DNA of 64,000 nucleotides from Escherichia coli (GTDB lineage Bacteria; Pseudomonadota; Gammaproteobacteria; Enterobacterales; Enterobacteriaceae): NCBI RefSeq assembly GCF_011045215.1, contig NZ_CP049201.1; one strand, 5' to 3'. Shown piece by piece: positions 20,539 to 29,786 of this stretch (position 1 is its first letter; each line of letters starts with the position of its first letter). The notes under the pieces were generated by a model. It saw only the letters and a program-made list of their open reading frames with translations, ran no database searches and was not told where the DNA came from. The position numbers and the translations under genes were made by a program.

Positions 20539-21483
20539 ATGAAAAATTGGATGCTGATATTGTTATTTTGTCCTTGGTATGTTTTTTCTCAGGGCTATAT
20601 AGAGTCTATTGTTGTAGACGGTGCCAGAACAGATGCAAAGGTTGAAGGTGACGGAGTATATAATATTTCTTATGCCCATGGTGCTGGTGGTTATCATTTC
20701 CAGATATTCCACAGTGATTGTACGGGGTCTCTGGCAATGTCATATAGTTATATATCACTTCCACAGAATGTCACTATTAATAACAATAGTTATAATATTA
20801 ATTGGCATGCATCTTTTGGTGAGGTTGTGACTGTTGGTCAGCGGGTTATTGTTTTTTCTCTCAAACCTGATCAACATTTGAGAATTTGTGCATTTGTTGG
20901 TGGGGAGGGGCGCGATACTCCTGCGGGACCGATTAGCGTCAGTGGAATAATTAACTTTAAGGAGCTTCTGACACCCGGTGTGATTCGTTTACCTCCGGTA
21001 ACTTATTTTGTAGGTAATGTCTTTGCTAATACGAAATCAGAAGCGTTAGATCTTTTGATAAATTATTCTGACAAAGGAAATCCAACGGTTTTATATCCAA
21101 ATGGTGATGGTGAATTAATAATTCCAGAACAGTGTAGAATTTTTGATGGTTCCGATAAGATAAGTATACCTATGGAGGATGTACCATTAGGTACAAAAAA
21201 ATCGAAAAGAGTTTTACACACTGTAGAGTGCAATTCAGAGAGTGCGGCATTAAAATTTATAAATTTCCGGTTGTATGGGCAGGGAGGGCAGGAAATACAG
21301 GCATCTCCAGGAAGGCAGGAATTAAAAATTAAAATGAGCAATGGGTCCAGTGCGAATATCAGAATAATGCCATTGCCAAATGGAAAGATAGTGGAGTTAC
21401 CAATAGATGTTACTCTGGATACTACAAAAGGAAAATCTGGTGATACAGAAGGAAGTGCTATTTTGCAATATACACTAAATTGA
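20539..21483 (+). CDS. Fimbrial tip adhesin-like protein 3 (putative two-domain)
   Basis: 314 aa, signal peptide, Cys pair (EQCRIF...VECNSE), C-terminal ...SAILQYTLN. Confidence 0.55.
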   Translation: MKNWMLILLFCPWYVFSQGYIESIVVDGARTDAKVEGDGVYNISYAHGAGGYHFQIFHSDCTGSLAMSYSYISLPQNVTINNNSYNINWHASFGEVVTVGQRVIVFSLKPDQHLRICAFVGGEGRDTPAGPISVSGIINFKELLTPGVIRLPPVTYFVGNVFANTKSEALDLLINYSDKGNPTVLYPNGDGELIIPEQCRIFDGSDKISIPMEDVPLGTKKSKRVLHTVECNSESAALKFINFRLYGQGGQEIQASPGRQELKIKMSNGSSANIRIMPLPNGKIVELPIDVTLDTTKGKSGDTEGSAILQYTLN

Positions 21484-21770
21484 TTCTCAGGAGGCTCTGT
21501 ATGCGATTAATACCACCCGTGACAAGAACAGTGTATAATATTAATAACCTACATTTGTTTGCAGATGGTTGTAAGATTATAAAAAACAGCCTGAAGGAAC
21601 AAAGGGAACAATGTGGTCAGATAGCGTTTTCAATAAATGAAATAGCACGAATAACGGATATGAATATCCGCCATGTCTGTGTATGCTTAAGTATTCTGGT
21701 TTGCGCTGAGGTGATGAGCTGTATTACCAATGAATGTGGGGAAAGAAAGTGGTTTCTTGTAACGAAATAA
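21480..21770 (+). CDS. Small winged-helix protein, weakly PapI/FaeA-like
   Basis: 96 aa; C-terminal ...CGERKWFLV resembles the PapI family W(F/Y)L end; paralogous to the ORF at 26306. Confidence 0.4.
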   Translation: MILRRLCMRLIPPVTRTVYNINNLHLFADGCKIIKNSLKEQREQCGQIAFSINEIARITDMNIRHVCVCLSILVCAEVMSCITNECGERKWFLVTK

Positions 21771-21806
21771 AACTATAAGAGAAGGGGACTACACAGAGGG
21801 GGGATT

Positions 21807-22022
21807 ATGCATTTAAAATATGATGGTTGTGAAGTAATCATTAAATTTATGGCGGAACGTGATACAACATTATTACCATTAACTACACGACAGATTGCGG
21901 ATGGTTGTGCCATGTCTGTTTATGCTGCGCGTTATTATTTACAGAAACTCAGCAAGCTGCATGTTGTTGGGTCTGACAGAGTCGGTAAAGGTAGTGCTGT
22001 TCGGTGGTATTTGCAGATATAA
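21807..22022 (+). CDS. PapI/FaeA-family small regulator
   Basis: 71 aa; ...TTRQIADGCAMSVYAARYYLQKLSKLHVVGS...AVRWYL aligns with PapI (...[31 protein letters not shown]...ATYWFL). Confidence 0.6.
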   Translation: MHLKYDGCEVIIKFMAERDTTLLPLTTRQIADGCAMSVYAARYYLQKLSKLHVVGSDRVGKGSAVRWYLQI

Positions 22023-22176
22023 TGAGTGTATCGCAGGAGTGTGTGTTTTGTTGTGAATTTCTGAGCTTGTAGTAAATATACGAACATAATTTTTAAAATT
22101 TAAACATTTAATATTAAATACCAGAGCTTTTTTTTGTGTAATAACTCAGAGGGGATTATATGGTCCGGAGGCTGTA

Positions 22177-23019
22177 TTGTATATGACTATGGCTGATGCG
22201 CGTCATTTACCTGTATTAATGTATCACCATATCAGTAATAATCCAGGGCTGGTGACGCTTTCACTCCGGACTTTCCGTGAGCAGATGCAGTGGCTGGCTG
22301 AAAATGGCTGGAAAACTGTTTCGGCAGCTGAAATGGAATTCTTTTATTGTGGCGGGAAACTGCCACGCAAAAGCGTCATGCTGACCTTTGATGACGGCTA
22401 CCTGGATAACTGGTTTTATGCCTTTCCGGTGTTACAGGCATTTGGTCTCCGGGCTCATATCTTTCTTGTCACGGGGCTTATCGGTGATGGTCCCGCCCGG
22501 CAACATGAAGAAAGCGGGGGGCGTCATATGTTTTCTCACCGGGAATGCGAGACCCTGATTGCACAGGGGCGGGCTGATGATGTCATGCTGCGCTGGTCTG
22601 AGGTCAGGGAAATGAGCCGGAGCGGGCTGGTCGAGTTTCATCTGCACACACATACCCACCGTCGCTGGGATCTGCTGGATAACGTCCGTGAGCCGTCCGT
22701 CTTTCTTGAGTCCGATATTCTTCTCGGACAGGCGCGAATGAGGCAAATGACCGGTTCATGCAGTCGTCATTTATGCTGGCCGGAGGGGTATTACAATCCG
22801 GACTATATCAGGGTGGCGGAGAAACTGGGATTCACCCACCTCTACACCACTGAGCGGCGGATGAATTCACCGGTGGCGGGTCCCCGGCGTATCGGGCGTA
22901 TCAGTACAAAGGAGCGTGAACATTCCGGCTGGCTGAAGCGCCGTCTCTTTTATTACACCACTCCGTTTTTTTCATCGCTTCTGGCCCTTCATAAGGGGCC
23001 CCGGCTGAATGATGACTGA
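22177..23019 (+). CDS. shf: Polysaccharide deacetylase family protein, Shf-like
   Basis: 280 aa; NodB-type motif ...SVMLTFDDGYLDNW...; first gene of a shf-capU-virK arrangement. Confidence 0.8.
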   Translation: MYMTMADARHLPVLMYHHISNNPGLVTLSLRTFREQMQWLAENGWKTVSAAEMEFFYCGGKLPRKSVMLTFDDGYLDNWFYAFPVLQAFGLRAHIFLVTGLIGDGPARQHEESGGRHMFSHRECETLIAQGRADDVMLRWSEVREMSRSGLVEFHLHTHTHRRWDLLDNVREPSVFLESDILLGQARMRQMTGSCSRHLCWPEGYYNPDYIRVAEKLGFTHLYTTERRMNSPVAGPRRIGRISTKEREHSGWLKRRLFYYTTPFFSSLLALHKGPRLNDD

Positions 23020-23028
23020 GAGGTGGTG

Positions 23029-24126
23029 ATGAAAATTCTTTATACCGAATCCTCTCCCAATATTGGTGGTCAGGAGTTGCAGGCGCTGGCTCAGATGGCT
23101 GCAATGCAGCGTGCCGGGCACAGTGTCATGCTGGCATGTCGCGAAAACAGCCGGATAGCCGCGGAAGCGGTCAGGCAGCAGACTGCGGTTACATATATTC
23201 CTTTCAGGAACAGTCTGCATTTTTCATCAGTCTGGCGACTCCGTCGTCTTGTTCTGACTTTCCGGCCGGATATGGTGGTGTGTCACAGCGGACATGACAG
23301 TAACACAGTGGCTCTGACCCGGGCCACGCTTACCGGAGGGGCGGGCAGGTTCAGTATTGTCCGTCAGAAGACATATCTGACCCGAAAGATGGAGGTGTTT
23401 TCGCTGAATCACTTCTGTGATGCCGTTGCTGTCCCCGGACAGGCGATGAAGGAGGCGCTGCAGGCTGCGGGATGTACAAACACCATCCGGGTGGTTTCAC
23501 CGGGATTTGATTTTGATGCAATCCGGGAAGCCATGAGCATGCCCCTGCCGGAACATGTTCGTGAATGGCTGGAAGCGAGAGCACCTCATCCGGTCATTGT
23601 TCAGATCGGAATGTTACGTCCGGAGAAAGGCCTGGATTTCATGCTGAAAACACTCTTTCATCTGAAACGTGAGGGAGGCCAGTTTCACTGGCTGATAGTC
23701 GGTGGCGGGCGTCCGGAAGAGGAGCGCCTGTTACGCCGTAAAATTCATGCGCTGGGGATGGAAGGGGGTGTACTGATATGCGGTTATCTTACGCCGGTAT
23801 ATCCGCTCTACAGGGTGGCTTCCCTGATGGTGATGCCTTCCACCTGTGAATCATTTGGTATGGCTGCAGTGGAGGCTGCTGCATGTGGTGTGCCGGTAAT
23901 GGCCAGTAATACAGGAGGGTTATCTTCCGTCATTCATCATGAGCGGACCGGTATTCTGCTCCCGCCGGATAACCGGCAGGCCTGGCTGGAAGCCCTGCGT
24001 GCGTACCTGTCCGCACCGGCCGGGTTCGCGGAAATGGCGGCCATGGCCCGCAGGGATGTGATGAGTCGTTTCAGTATGGAGGTAACCCTTGACAGGCTGT
24101 TGTCGCTGGGCTGTCTGCCCTTCTGA
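23029..24126 (+). CDS. capU: Glycosyltransferase (GT4/group 1), CapU-like hexosyltransferase
   Basis: ORF 23023..24126; likely ATG at 23029 (MKILYTESS...); C-terminal GT1 motifs ...MPSTCESFGMAAVEAAACGVPVMASNTGG... Confidence 0.8.
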   Translation: MKILYTESSPNIGGQELQALAQMAAMQRAGHSVMLACRENSRIAAEAVRQQTAVTYIPFRNSLHFSSVWRLRRLVLTFRPDMVVCHSGHDSNTVALTRATLTGGAGRFSIVRQKTYLTRKMEVFSLNHFCDAVAVPGQAMKEALQAAGCTNTIRVVSPGFDFDAIREAMSMPLPEHVREWLEARAPHPVIVQIGMLRPEKGLDFMLKTLFHLKREGGQFHWLIVGGGRPEEERLLRRKIHALGMEGGVLICGYLTPVYPLYRVASLMVMPSTCESFGMAAVEAAACGVPVMASNTGGLSSVIHHERTGILLPPDNRQAWLEALRAYLSAPAGFAEMAAMARRDVMSRFSMEVTLDRLLSLGCLPF

Positions 24127-24207
24127 TGTTGCCTGTACAGGAGACGGGTATTTTGTTTTTGAGTTATGGACTGTGTTATCTGATATCTGACATACCATCT
24201 GAATATT

Positions 24208-25149
24208 ATGAGTAATCTGTCTGTTATTTCGCTTGTTGTGAAACTGATGACTGGCCGTACTTTCCACAGAGGGAAGTGGGAGGACAGAAAGTTTCGTTAT
24301 AAATTTCTGCTGCGTTGTTGTTGTCATCCTCTGATCACAACCCATTATTTTCGTGCCCTGTGTGAACTGAGCGATATCGACGATCTTCTTGAGGTCAACC
24401 CGACCTTACCGGCCAAGATTCACCGTCCCTATCTCTTCCGGAACAGTCGCACCGGATTCCGGGTACAGGCAGTTCTTGACCATTATCATCTTATCCGGAG
24501 CCTTCCGCAGGAGGTCAGGCGAATGCTGAACGTCAGCCGGGAAACATCGCTTGTCCGCACCGAAGGGAAGGACGGCAGGTGGCTGGATATCAGTTGTTCC
24601 CCCTGTGGCTTTGACCGCGAGGGGGAGCTGATGCTGATACTGCGTTTTAATGGTGAGGTTATCACCCGTATTTCCTTCACACTTCTTTACTGGCAGGGGC
24701 ACCGGATGGTGTTTGTCGGGGGATTGCAGGGGCCTGCAGCGGGGACGGGCACAGCGATTATCCGGGAGGCCACCCGTGCCTGTTATGGCCTGTTTCCGCG
24801 CCGTCTGCTCTGTGAGGCACTGAGTGTGGTGGCAGGGATGTGCGGAGCCGGGGGGATAGTGGCTGTCAGTGAGGACAATCATGTGATGCGGCAGTTGCGT
24901 TATTTTTACCAGAAAAAGGGCCGGTTTGTTGCCCGTTACAGTGAGTGCTGGAAGTCTGCCGGAGGAAAATATTTTGATGGGTTCTGGTACCTGCCTCCGG
25001 AACTACCCCGTAAAGATGCCGGTGAAATCCCTGCAAGAAAACGGGCTGAGTACAGAAGGCGAAATGCCCTGCTTGATGAGGTACGGCGAGGGCTGATGGC
25101 TGCACAGCAGAATGGCTGTGATTTCAGAAACACAATAACGCTGATGTAA
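24208..25149 (+). CDS. virK: VirK-family protein
   Basis: 313 aa; position after shf-capU and size match VirK; family assignment by recall, not by search. Confidence 0.7.
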   Translation: MSNLSVISLVVKLMTGRTFHRGKWEDRKFRYKFLLRCCCHPLITTHYFRALCELSDIDDLLEVNPTLPAKIHRPYLFRNSRTGFRVQAVLDHYHLIRSLPQEVRRMLNVSRETSLVRTEGKDGRWLDISCSPCGFDREGELMLILRFNGEVITRISFTLLYWQGHRMVFVGGLQGPAAGTGTAIIREATRACYGLFPRRLLCEALSVVAGMCGAGGIVAVSEDNHVMRQLRYFYQKKGRFVARYSECWKSAGGKYFDGFWYLPPELPRKDAGEIPARKRAEYRRRNALLDEVRRGLMAAQQNGCDFRNTITLM

Positions 25150-25154
25150 CCAGG

Positions 25155-26108
25155 ATGATGATGAAAAGCTGTATTCAGGCGGCCCTGATGGCTGCTGTTC
25201 TGCCGGGGGTATTCAGTCACCAGGCGGGGGCTGCTGAAGTGTCTGCTGCTCCGGAAGTCAGACGTGAACAGTCTGTACTGCCGTTTTTCCGGGAGCTGGC
25301 AGAAGGTTATGAACTGCCGGAACCATTTGGTGTTAATCTGAATTATATGCAAATCCGGCAGGGGATATCGGTGGACAGTATCCGGTTTTCCGGGTTACAC
25401 CTGGGCAGACTTCCTCTGGATAATATTGTACATATTGATGCCGGAAAGACCCGACAGAAAAGTCATACCGGAACACTCCGGTTTGATGCATGGGTGTTTC
25501 CTTTTATGAATCTGTATGGGCTTCTGGGAAAAACAACCGGACAGTCTGTATCAGATATCCGGGTCCGAACACCTCTGTTTACCGGCGGGGCGTTTCCGGG
25601 GGCCGGTACACAGAACCTGAAGTTCCGTCTGGATTTTCAGGGAACCACATATGGTGTCGGCACCACCCTGGTGGGCGGGATGAATAACTGGTTCACCTCG
25701 CTGGATGCCAATTATACGCAGACACGCTTTGATATTCTTGATGGTCATATTGATACTGTCACATTCTCACCCCGGGTGGGGTATTACTTTGATGTCCCTT
25801 CGGTACCGGTACTGCAGAGTTCTGCGGGCAGAATGAGTGTATGGGTCGGGGGGATGTACCAGGATGTTGAACAGCGCTTCAGGGGTAAACTGAATGACCT
25901 GAATATGCCATCACCTGCACTGCAGGCGGGGTTGTCACAACTGAATAAAACGGGGGATGCGCGTTTTGATGTCAGGCAGCATCTGAAAAAACCGTGGAAC
26001 ATGCTGGCTGGCATACGCTATGACCCCAGCCGGCACTTCAGTCTTATCGCCGAAGCGGGGTTTGAAAAGCGGAAAAGTTTTTTTGTTTCCGGTGAATACC
26101 GGTTCTGA
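25155..26108 (+). CDS. Putative outer-membrane beta-barrel protein
   Basis: 317 aa; signal peptide (...AAVLPGVFSHQAGA), alternating beta-strand pattern, C-terminal ...SGEYRF with terminal Phe. Confidence 0.6.
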   Translation: MMMKSCIQAALMAAVLPGVFSHQAGAAEVSAAPEVRREQSVLPFFRELAEGYELPEPFGVNLNYMQIRQGISVDSIRFSGLHLGRLPLDNIVHIDAGKTRQKSHTGTLRFDAWVFPFMNLYGLLGKTTGQSVSDIRVRTPLFTGGAFPGAGTQNLKFRLDFQGTTYGVGTTLVGGMNNWFTSLDANYTQTRFDILDGHIDTVTFSPRVGYYFDVPSVPVLQSSAGRMSVWVGGMYQDVEQRFRGKLNDLNMPSPALQAGLSQLNKTGDARFDVRQHLKKPWNMLAGIRYDPSRHFSLIAEAGFEKRKSFFVSGEYRF

Positions 26109-26130
26109 ACCTGGAGAAGACAGCCCGGTG

Positions 26131-26161
26131 GATACGGCGATAATATAATTATCGCCGTATC
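26131..26161. promoter_or_regulatory. Perfect 14-3-14 palindrome (candidate operator or hairpin)
   Basis: GATACGGCGATAAT-ATA-ATTATCGCCGTATC, 23 bp after the stop of the OMP gene, upstream of a small wHTH gene; no T-tract after it. Confidence 0.3.
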
Positions 26162-26305
26162 AGGATAAATACCATGATTAGATTCAGCGGGTGCACAAAA
26201 AAGAAATAATGCCGGGCTGACGATAATAAAATTTAATATATTAATATCTTTGTGGAATATTTGTTGCAATGTGTATGTTATTCCCGCATGCACAGGAGAT
26301 TATCT

Positions 26306-26557
26306 ATGTGTGACAAAACCATGAAACGCAGGGACAATACCGCATTATATCAGGATGACTGTGAAGCACTGCTCCTCTGGATGAAATTCCGGGAGGATAA
26401 ATATGGTGAAGTCTTGTTTCGTGTTATTGATATTGCGTACGGACTGGATATGTCTGTGCGCCAGTGTTGTATCTGTCTGAATTTTTTGTATGAAGCCGGA
26501 CTGGTGGATTACGACGAAAATAATAACAGGTTGTCCAGACAGTGGTTTCTTGTCTGA
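26306..26557 (+). CDS. Small winged-helix protein, weakly PapI-like (paralog of 21480..21770)
   Basis: ORF 26252..26557; preferred start Met 26306 preceded by AGGAG; ...VRQCCICLNFLYEAGLV...SRQWFLV. Confidence 0.45.
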   Translation: MCDKTMKRRDNTALYQDDCEALLLWMKFREDKYGEVLFRVIDIAYGLDMSVRQCCICLNFLYEAGLVDYDENNNRLSRQWFLV

Positions 26558-26649
26558 CAAAGACAGGACGGAAATCTGATATCCGGTAATATCTGAAACG
26601 GCATTCATATATTACTGCGGAGTGAATTTCATAACCGGAATAATGCAGT

Positions 26650-27795
26650 ATGGGATATATTACTGACAGACAACAGAAAATAAAATGGTTGTTATTTTTG
26701 TTGTTATGGTGTTGTCAGGCGCAGGCCGCACTTCCGCTTCCTTTATGGCTGGACGGGAAGGAAATGACAACGAGTGCCTGGCCGGTTATGCCTCCGTTAT
26801 CCCCCCCGGAGGGGTTACGGGCCTGCTGTGCGTTTGGGTATGACCTGGGGGTGAGGGTGCCGTGGCTCCGTACACCATTGCCATTCTTTCATCTGGACAA
26901 TGTGGTGGAGGCCGGCAGTACCGGGGGACACCATTACAACGACAGTTTTGTTTCCGGCATGTTGTCTCTGACAGGGGGCGGAAGAGAGCATAACGGTATC
27001 ATTTTCACCACGCAGGGGGGATTTGTTGATACGGCGCATGTCCGTGATACGGCGGATATGACGGTGTTTATTTTTACCCGTCTGTGGCCACGTCTGGGGC
27101 AGGCGTTTGTGTTGTCTCCGGGCAGAGATGAACTGGCACAACGGCGGCTGGTTTTCCGGGCATTCACTCCCCCGTCTTCCGTCCGGGACCGTTATGTGCT
27201 GGCCGCGGAAATATCAGCCCGTCTGGCATACCAGCTGGCGGTATGGCATGAAATTGCACAGTGGTACGGCTTCGAATCCGTACCGGGTTATCCTGAAACT
27301 GTGTCGGCATTTTCACCGGAGGATCTGTGGTCCAATCTTCTGGGGGCAAGAGTGGCCCTCTCTCTTATCTTCAGCGGACAGACGGCAGACAGGCGAATGT
27401 ATGAAACGGCCATGCAGAATGCGCTGAAACAGGTGCTGGTTCATCTGGGAGGTGGCGCGGTGTCCCGTACCCGTTTTCAGCTCCGTATGCTGGACAGGGT
27501 GTGGTGGAACAGCCGGTGTCTTCTGCCGGACAAGTGGCTGGTGATAAAGCGCAATTATGATGTTGATGCGGACCGGCTTCCCGTATCTGTTCCGGGGGGC
27601 GATATGAAGCCACTGCGCCTGTCGCTCCCTCTCAGACCGGAAGCCGCGGTGCTGGCGGAATTACAGCTCTGGCCCGGACAGGACATGAAGCGTCTTCCGG
27701 TACCGGAAGGGTATTACACCGGGAAGGATTTTGCGGGGCTGGCGTCCCGGGCCCGGGCCGGGGACAGTGTCTCCCGTGACAGATTCTGTCCGTGA
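26650..27795 (+). CDS. Secreted/periplasmic protein of unknown function
   Basis: 381 aa; N-terminal hydrophobic signal-like segment (WLLFLLLWCCQAQA); no recognisable catalytic motif. Confidence 0.55.
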   Translation: MGYITDRQQKIKWLLFLLLWCCQAQAALPLPLWLDGKEMTTSAWPVMPPLSPPEGLRACCAFGYDLGVRVPWLRTPLPFFHLDNVVEAGSTGGHHYNDSFVSGMLSLTGGGREHNGIIFTTQGGFVDTAHVRDTADMTVFIFTRLWPRLGQAFVLSPGRDELAQRRLVFRAFTPPSSVRDRYVLAAEISARLAYQLAVWHEIAQWYGFESVPGYPETVSAFSPEDLWSNLLGARVALSLIFSGQTADRRMYETAMQNALKQVLVHLGGGAVSRTRFQLRMLDRVWWNSRCLLPDKWLVIKRNYDVDADRLPVSVPGGDMKPLRLSLPLRPEAAVLAELQLWPGQDMKRLPVPEGYYTGKDFAGLASRARAGDSVSRDRFCP

Positions 27796-27832
27796 GAGGG
27801 TGTGTTTTGGGTTGCAGGGAGTGGATGTTATG

Positions 27833-28708
27833 AACATTCAGGTGGAACATCACAGGGGAGCATGGCGTCTCATTTTACTTCTGGCAGGTATTGTCATACC
27901 GGTTTACGGGTACAGTCATGAACTGTCAGGCACTTATGCCAGAATATTAAGTATGCATTTTTCGGATGACATCAGTGCTTCCGGATTGCGGACAGAGGGA
28001 GGGGGGAAATATTCCCGCTGGACTGTTCCCTGGCACAGCGAATGTCTGTATGACACGGGGATGGTCTGCTCCGGGGTGTACCTCAGGGGAAGTTATATTG
28101 ACCTGAAAGGGGATGTTGATGATGGTGCCGTGGTTCACTGGCGGTCATATGGCACGCTTGTGGGGACAGATGTCACCGTCAGGTTGTCTGAACATGTTTC
28201 AGTCAGGGGAGGTCTGGGCGTGGGATATGCCCGGGTTCGCAACATGAGTCGCGGGATGGAAGGTGATGAAAATTATGAAGAGGTGCTGGGGTGGGAGCGA
28301 AAAAATGCCCTGATTGTTTCCCCCGAAATCAGCAGTACGATAACGTCCGGTAATTTTACCCTGAGTCCGGGTCTCTCATTTTTATCCCTGCGTGAATTCT
28401 CATCATCCCGTCATGATATTGGTTCGCACGCGGGAAGTTATTCCGTCAGGATGACTTATACGTTCCGGGATGTGTTCCGTGTGATGGGGCGCGGAAGTGA
28501 TGTCATTGTGGAAAACAATACCGGAGGTTTTTACGGTCCGGGCTGGAAAGAAGACCTGGGATTCAGTCTGGTGAATGAGACGCAACTGTTGTTCAGTATT
28601 CCCTTCTGTGTTGGTGGTCATGTTTTCTCTCTGCGTGCCGGGCCGGGCTTCATAAAGGGGAACGGGGGAGTCAGAGGGGTGTCATTTTCTTTTGGTCTGA
28701 AAACATGA
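27833..28708 (+). CDS. Putative beta-rich outer-membrane/secreted protein
   Basis: ORF 27731..28708; likely start Met 27833 (MNIQVEHHRGAWRLILLLAGIVIPVYG signal/anchor); Gly/Ser/Tyr-rich alternating pattern. Confidence 0.5.
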   Translation, partial: NIQVEHHRGAWRLILLLAGIVIPVYGYSHELSGTYARILSMHFSDDISASGLRTEGGGKYSRWTVPWHSECLYDTGMVCSGVYLRGSYIDLKGDVDDGAVVHWRSYGTLVGTDVTVRLSEHVSVRGGLGVGYARVRNMSRGMEGDENYEEVLGWERKNALIVSPEISSTITSGNFTLSPGLSFLSLREFSSSRHDIGSHAGSYSVRMTYTFRDVFRVMGRGSDVIVENNTGGFYGPGWKEDLGFSLVNETQLLFSIPFCVGGHVFSLRAGPGFIKGNGGVRGVSFSFGLKT

Positions 28709-28728
28709 TGTGAAATCAGAAAAACAAC

Positions 28729-29568
28729 ATGAATGATAAAAAGACAGGGACGGCGCTGATACGGAAAATGACCATTGACAGGATTATCGAATATATCGAA
28801 CTTCATCTTGAAAGTGGTAAACGGATGAGCATTCATTCACTGAGTGCTTATTCCGGTTACTGCCGCAGACATCTGCAGCGTATTTTTCTGCTGGAGACGG
28901 GAATGCGGCTGGGCGAATATATTCGTCGCAGGCGACTGAGTCGGGCTGCCCTGCTCTGTCGCCTGTCGTTACGTGGGTTTCAGGATATTGCCTGTAGTCT
29001 GGGATTTGATTCCCAGCAGACATTTAACCGTGAATTCAGGAAAACAGCCGGCGTGACGCCCGGACAGTACCGCAGCCAGCCGGAATGGCGGCTTTTGCCG
29101 CTGGCAGGTCGTGCCGGCATCTCTTTTTCTGTTCCGGTCCCGGAGAGGGTTCATCTTCCGGAAGGCCGTATTGTGGGACGACCACTGACGTTTTCCGGCC
29201 GTATACATGAGGTCCGGGATAACGGGGCGGCGGCATTTTCCGAAAGTGTGTTTGCCTGTCAGCAGGAGGCTCAGTGGTTGGTGGTGACGGCAATAACGCC
29301 GGTGGGAGGCAGGAAAGGGGATTATGAGGTCCGTTGTGGTGTGGGCGCACCGGATAACCCGTGCGGAAACGTCTTCTCATGGGCCGAGGGGGATTACCTG
29401 TCTGTCACGTTTGAGACCACAACGACCACCCATGCGGCCCGTGCAGATTACATTTATATGAACATCCTGCCCGCTCATGGAGTTGTCCGTACGCCCGGGG
29501 TGGACATACTCGTCTTTCGTTACCATGAGGAGCGGGTGTTCTGTACGCTTTACATCCCGGTCAGTTAA
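28729..29568 (+). CDS. AraC/XylS-family regulator with N-terminal HTH and C-terminal GyrI-like effector domain (Rob-like architecture)
   Basis: 279 aa; N-terminal dual HTH (...IHSLSAYSGYCRRHLQRIF...ACSLGFDSQQTFNREFRKTAGVTPGQYR...) then ~160-aa C-terminal domain. Confidence 0.8.
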   Translation: MNDKKTGTALIRKMTIDRIIEYIELHLESGKRMSIHSLSAYSGYCRRHLQRIFLLETGMRLGEYIRRRRLSRAALLCRLSLRGFQDIACSLGFDSQQTFNREFRKTAGVTPGQYRSQPEWRLLPLAGRAGISFSVPVPERVHLPEGRIVGRPLTFSGRIHEVRDNGAAAFSESVFACQQEAQWLVVTAITPVGGRKGDYEVRCGVGAPDNPCGNVFSWAEGDYLSVTFETTTTTHAARADYIYMNILPAHGVVRTPGVDILVFRYHEERVFCTLYIPVS

Positions 29569-29786
29569 CCGGAAGGGCGGTGCCGGAGACAGACATTCAG
29601 GGGGGAGTAGTGAAATTTCGCTGATGCTGAATGATGAGTCCGGGGAGGGGCATGAGAAAGAAAACGGCCGGAGATTGTCAGGCGCGTTATCAGTGGGAGG
29701 GAGCGGAGAAATAATGTTTTATAAAAGATTAAAAAACCGGGCATGTGGTTCTGATTAACAGGAGTAATGTTTTACGGTGTAATATT

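Noticed and set aside
18579-21483. Direct PapF or PapG homologs
   Set aside because: No PapF-sized ORF, and the three large ORFs show no PapG sequence I can recognise by eye; called adhesin-like on architecture only
24406-24882. 158-aa minus-strand ORF inside virK
   Set aside because: Antisense to a gene supported by operon context; no motif
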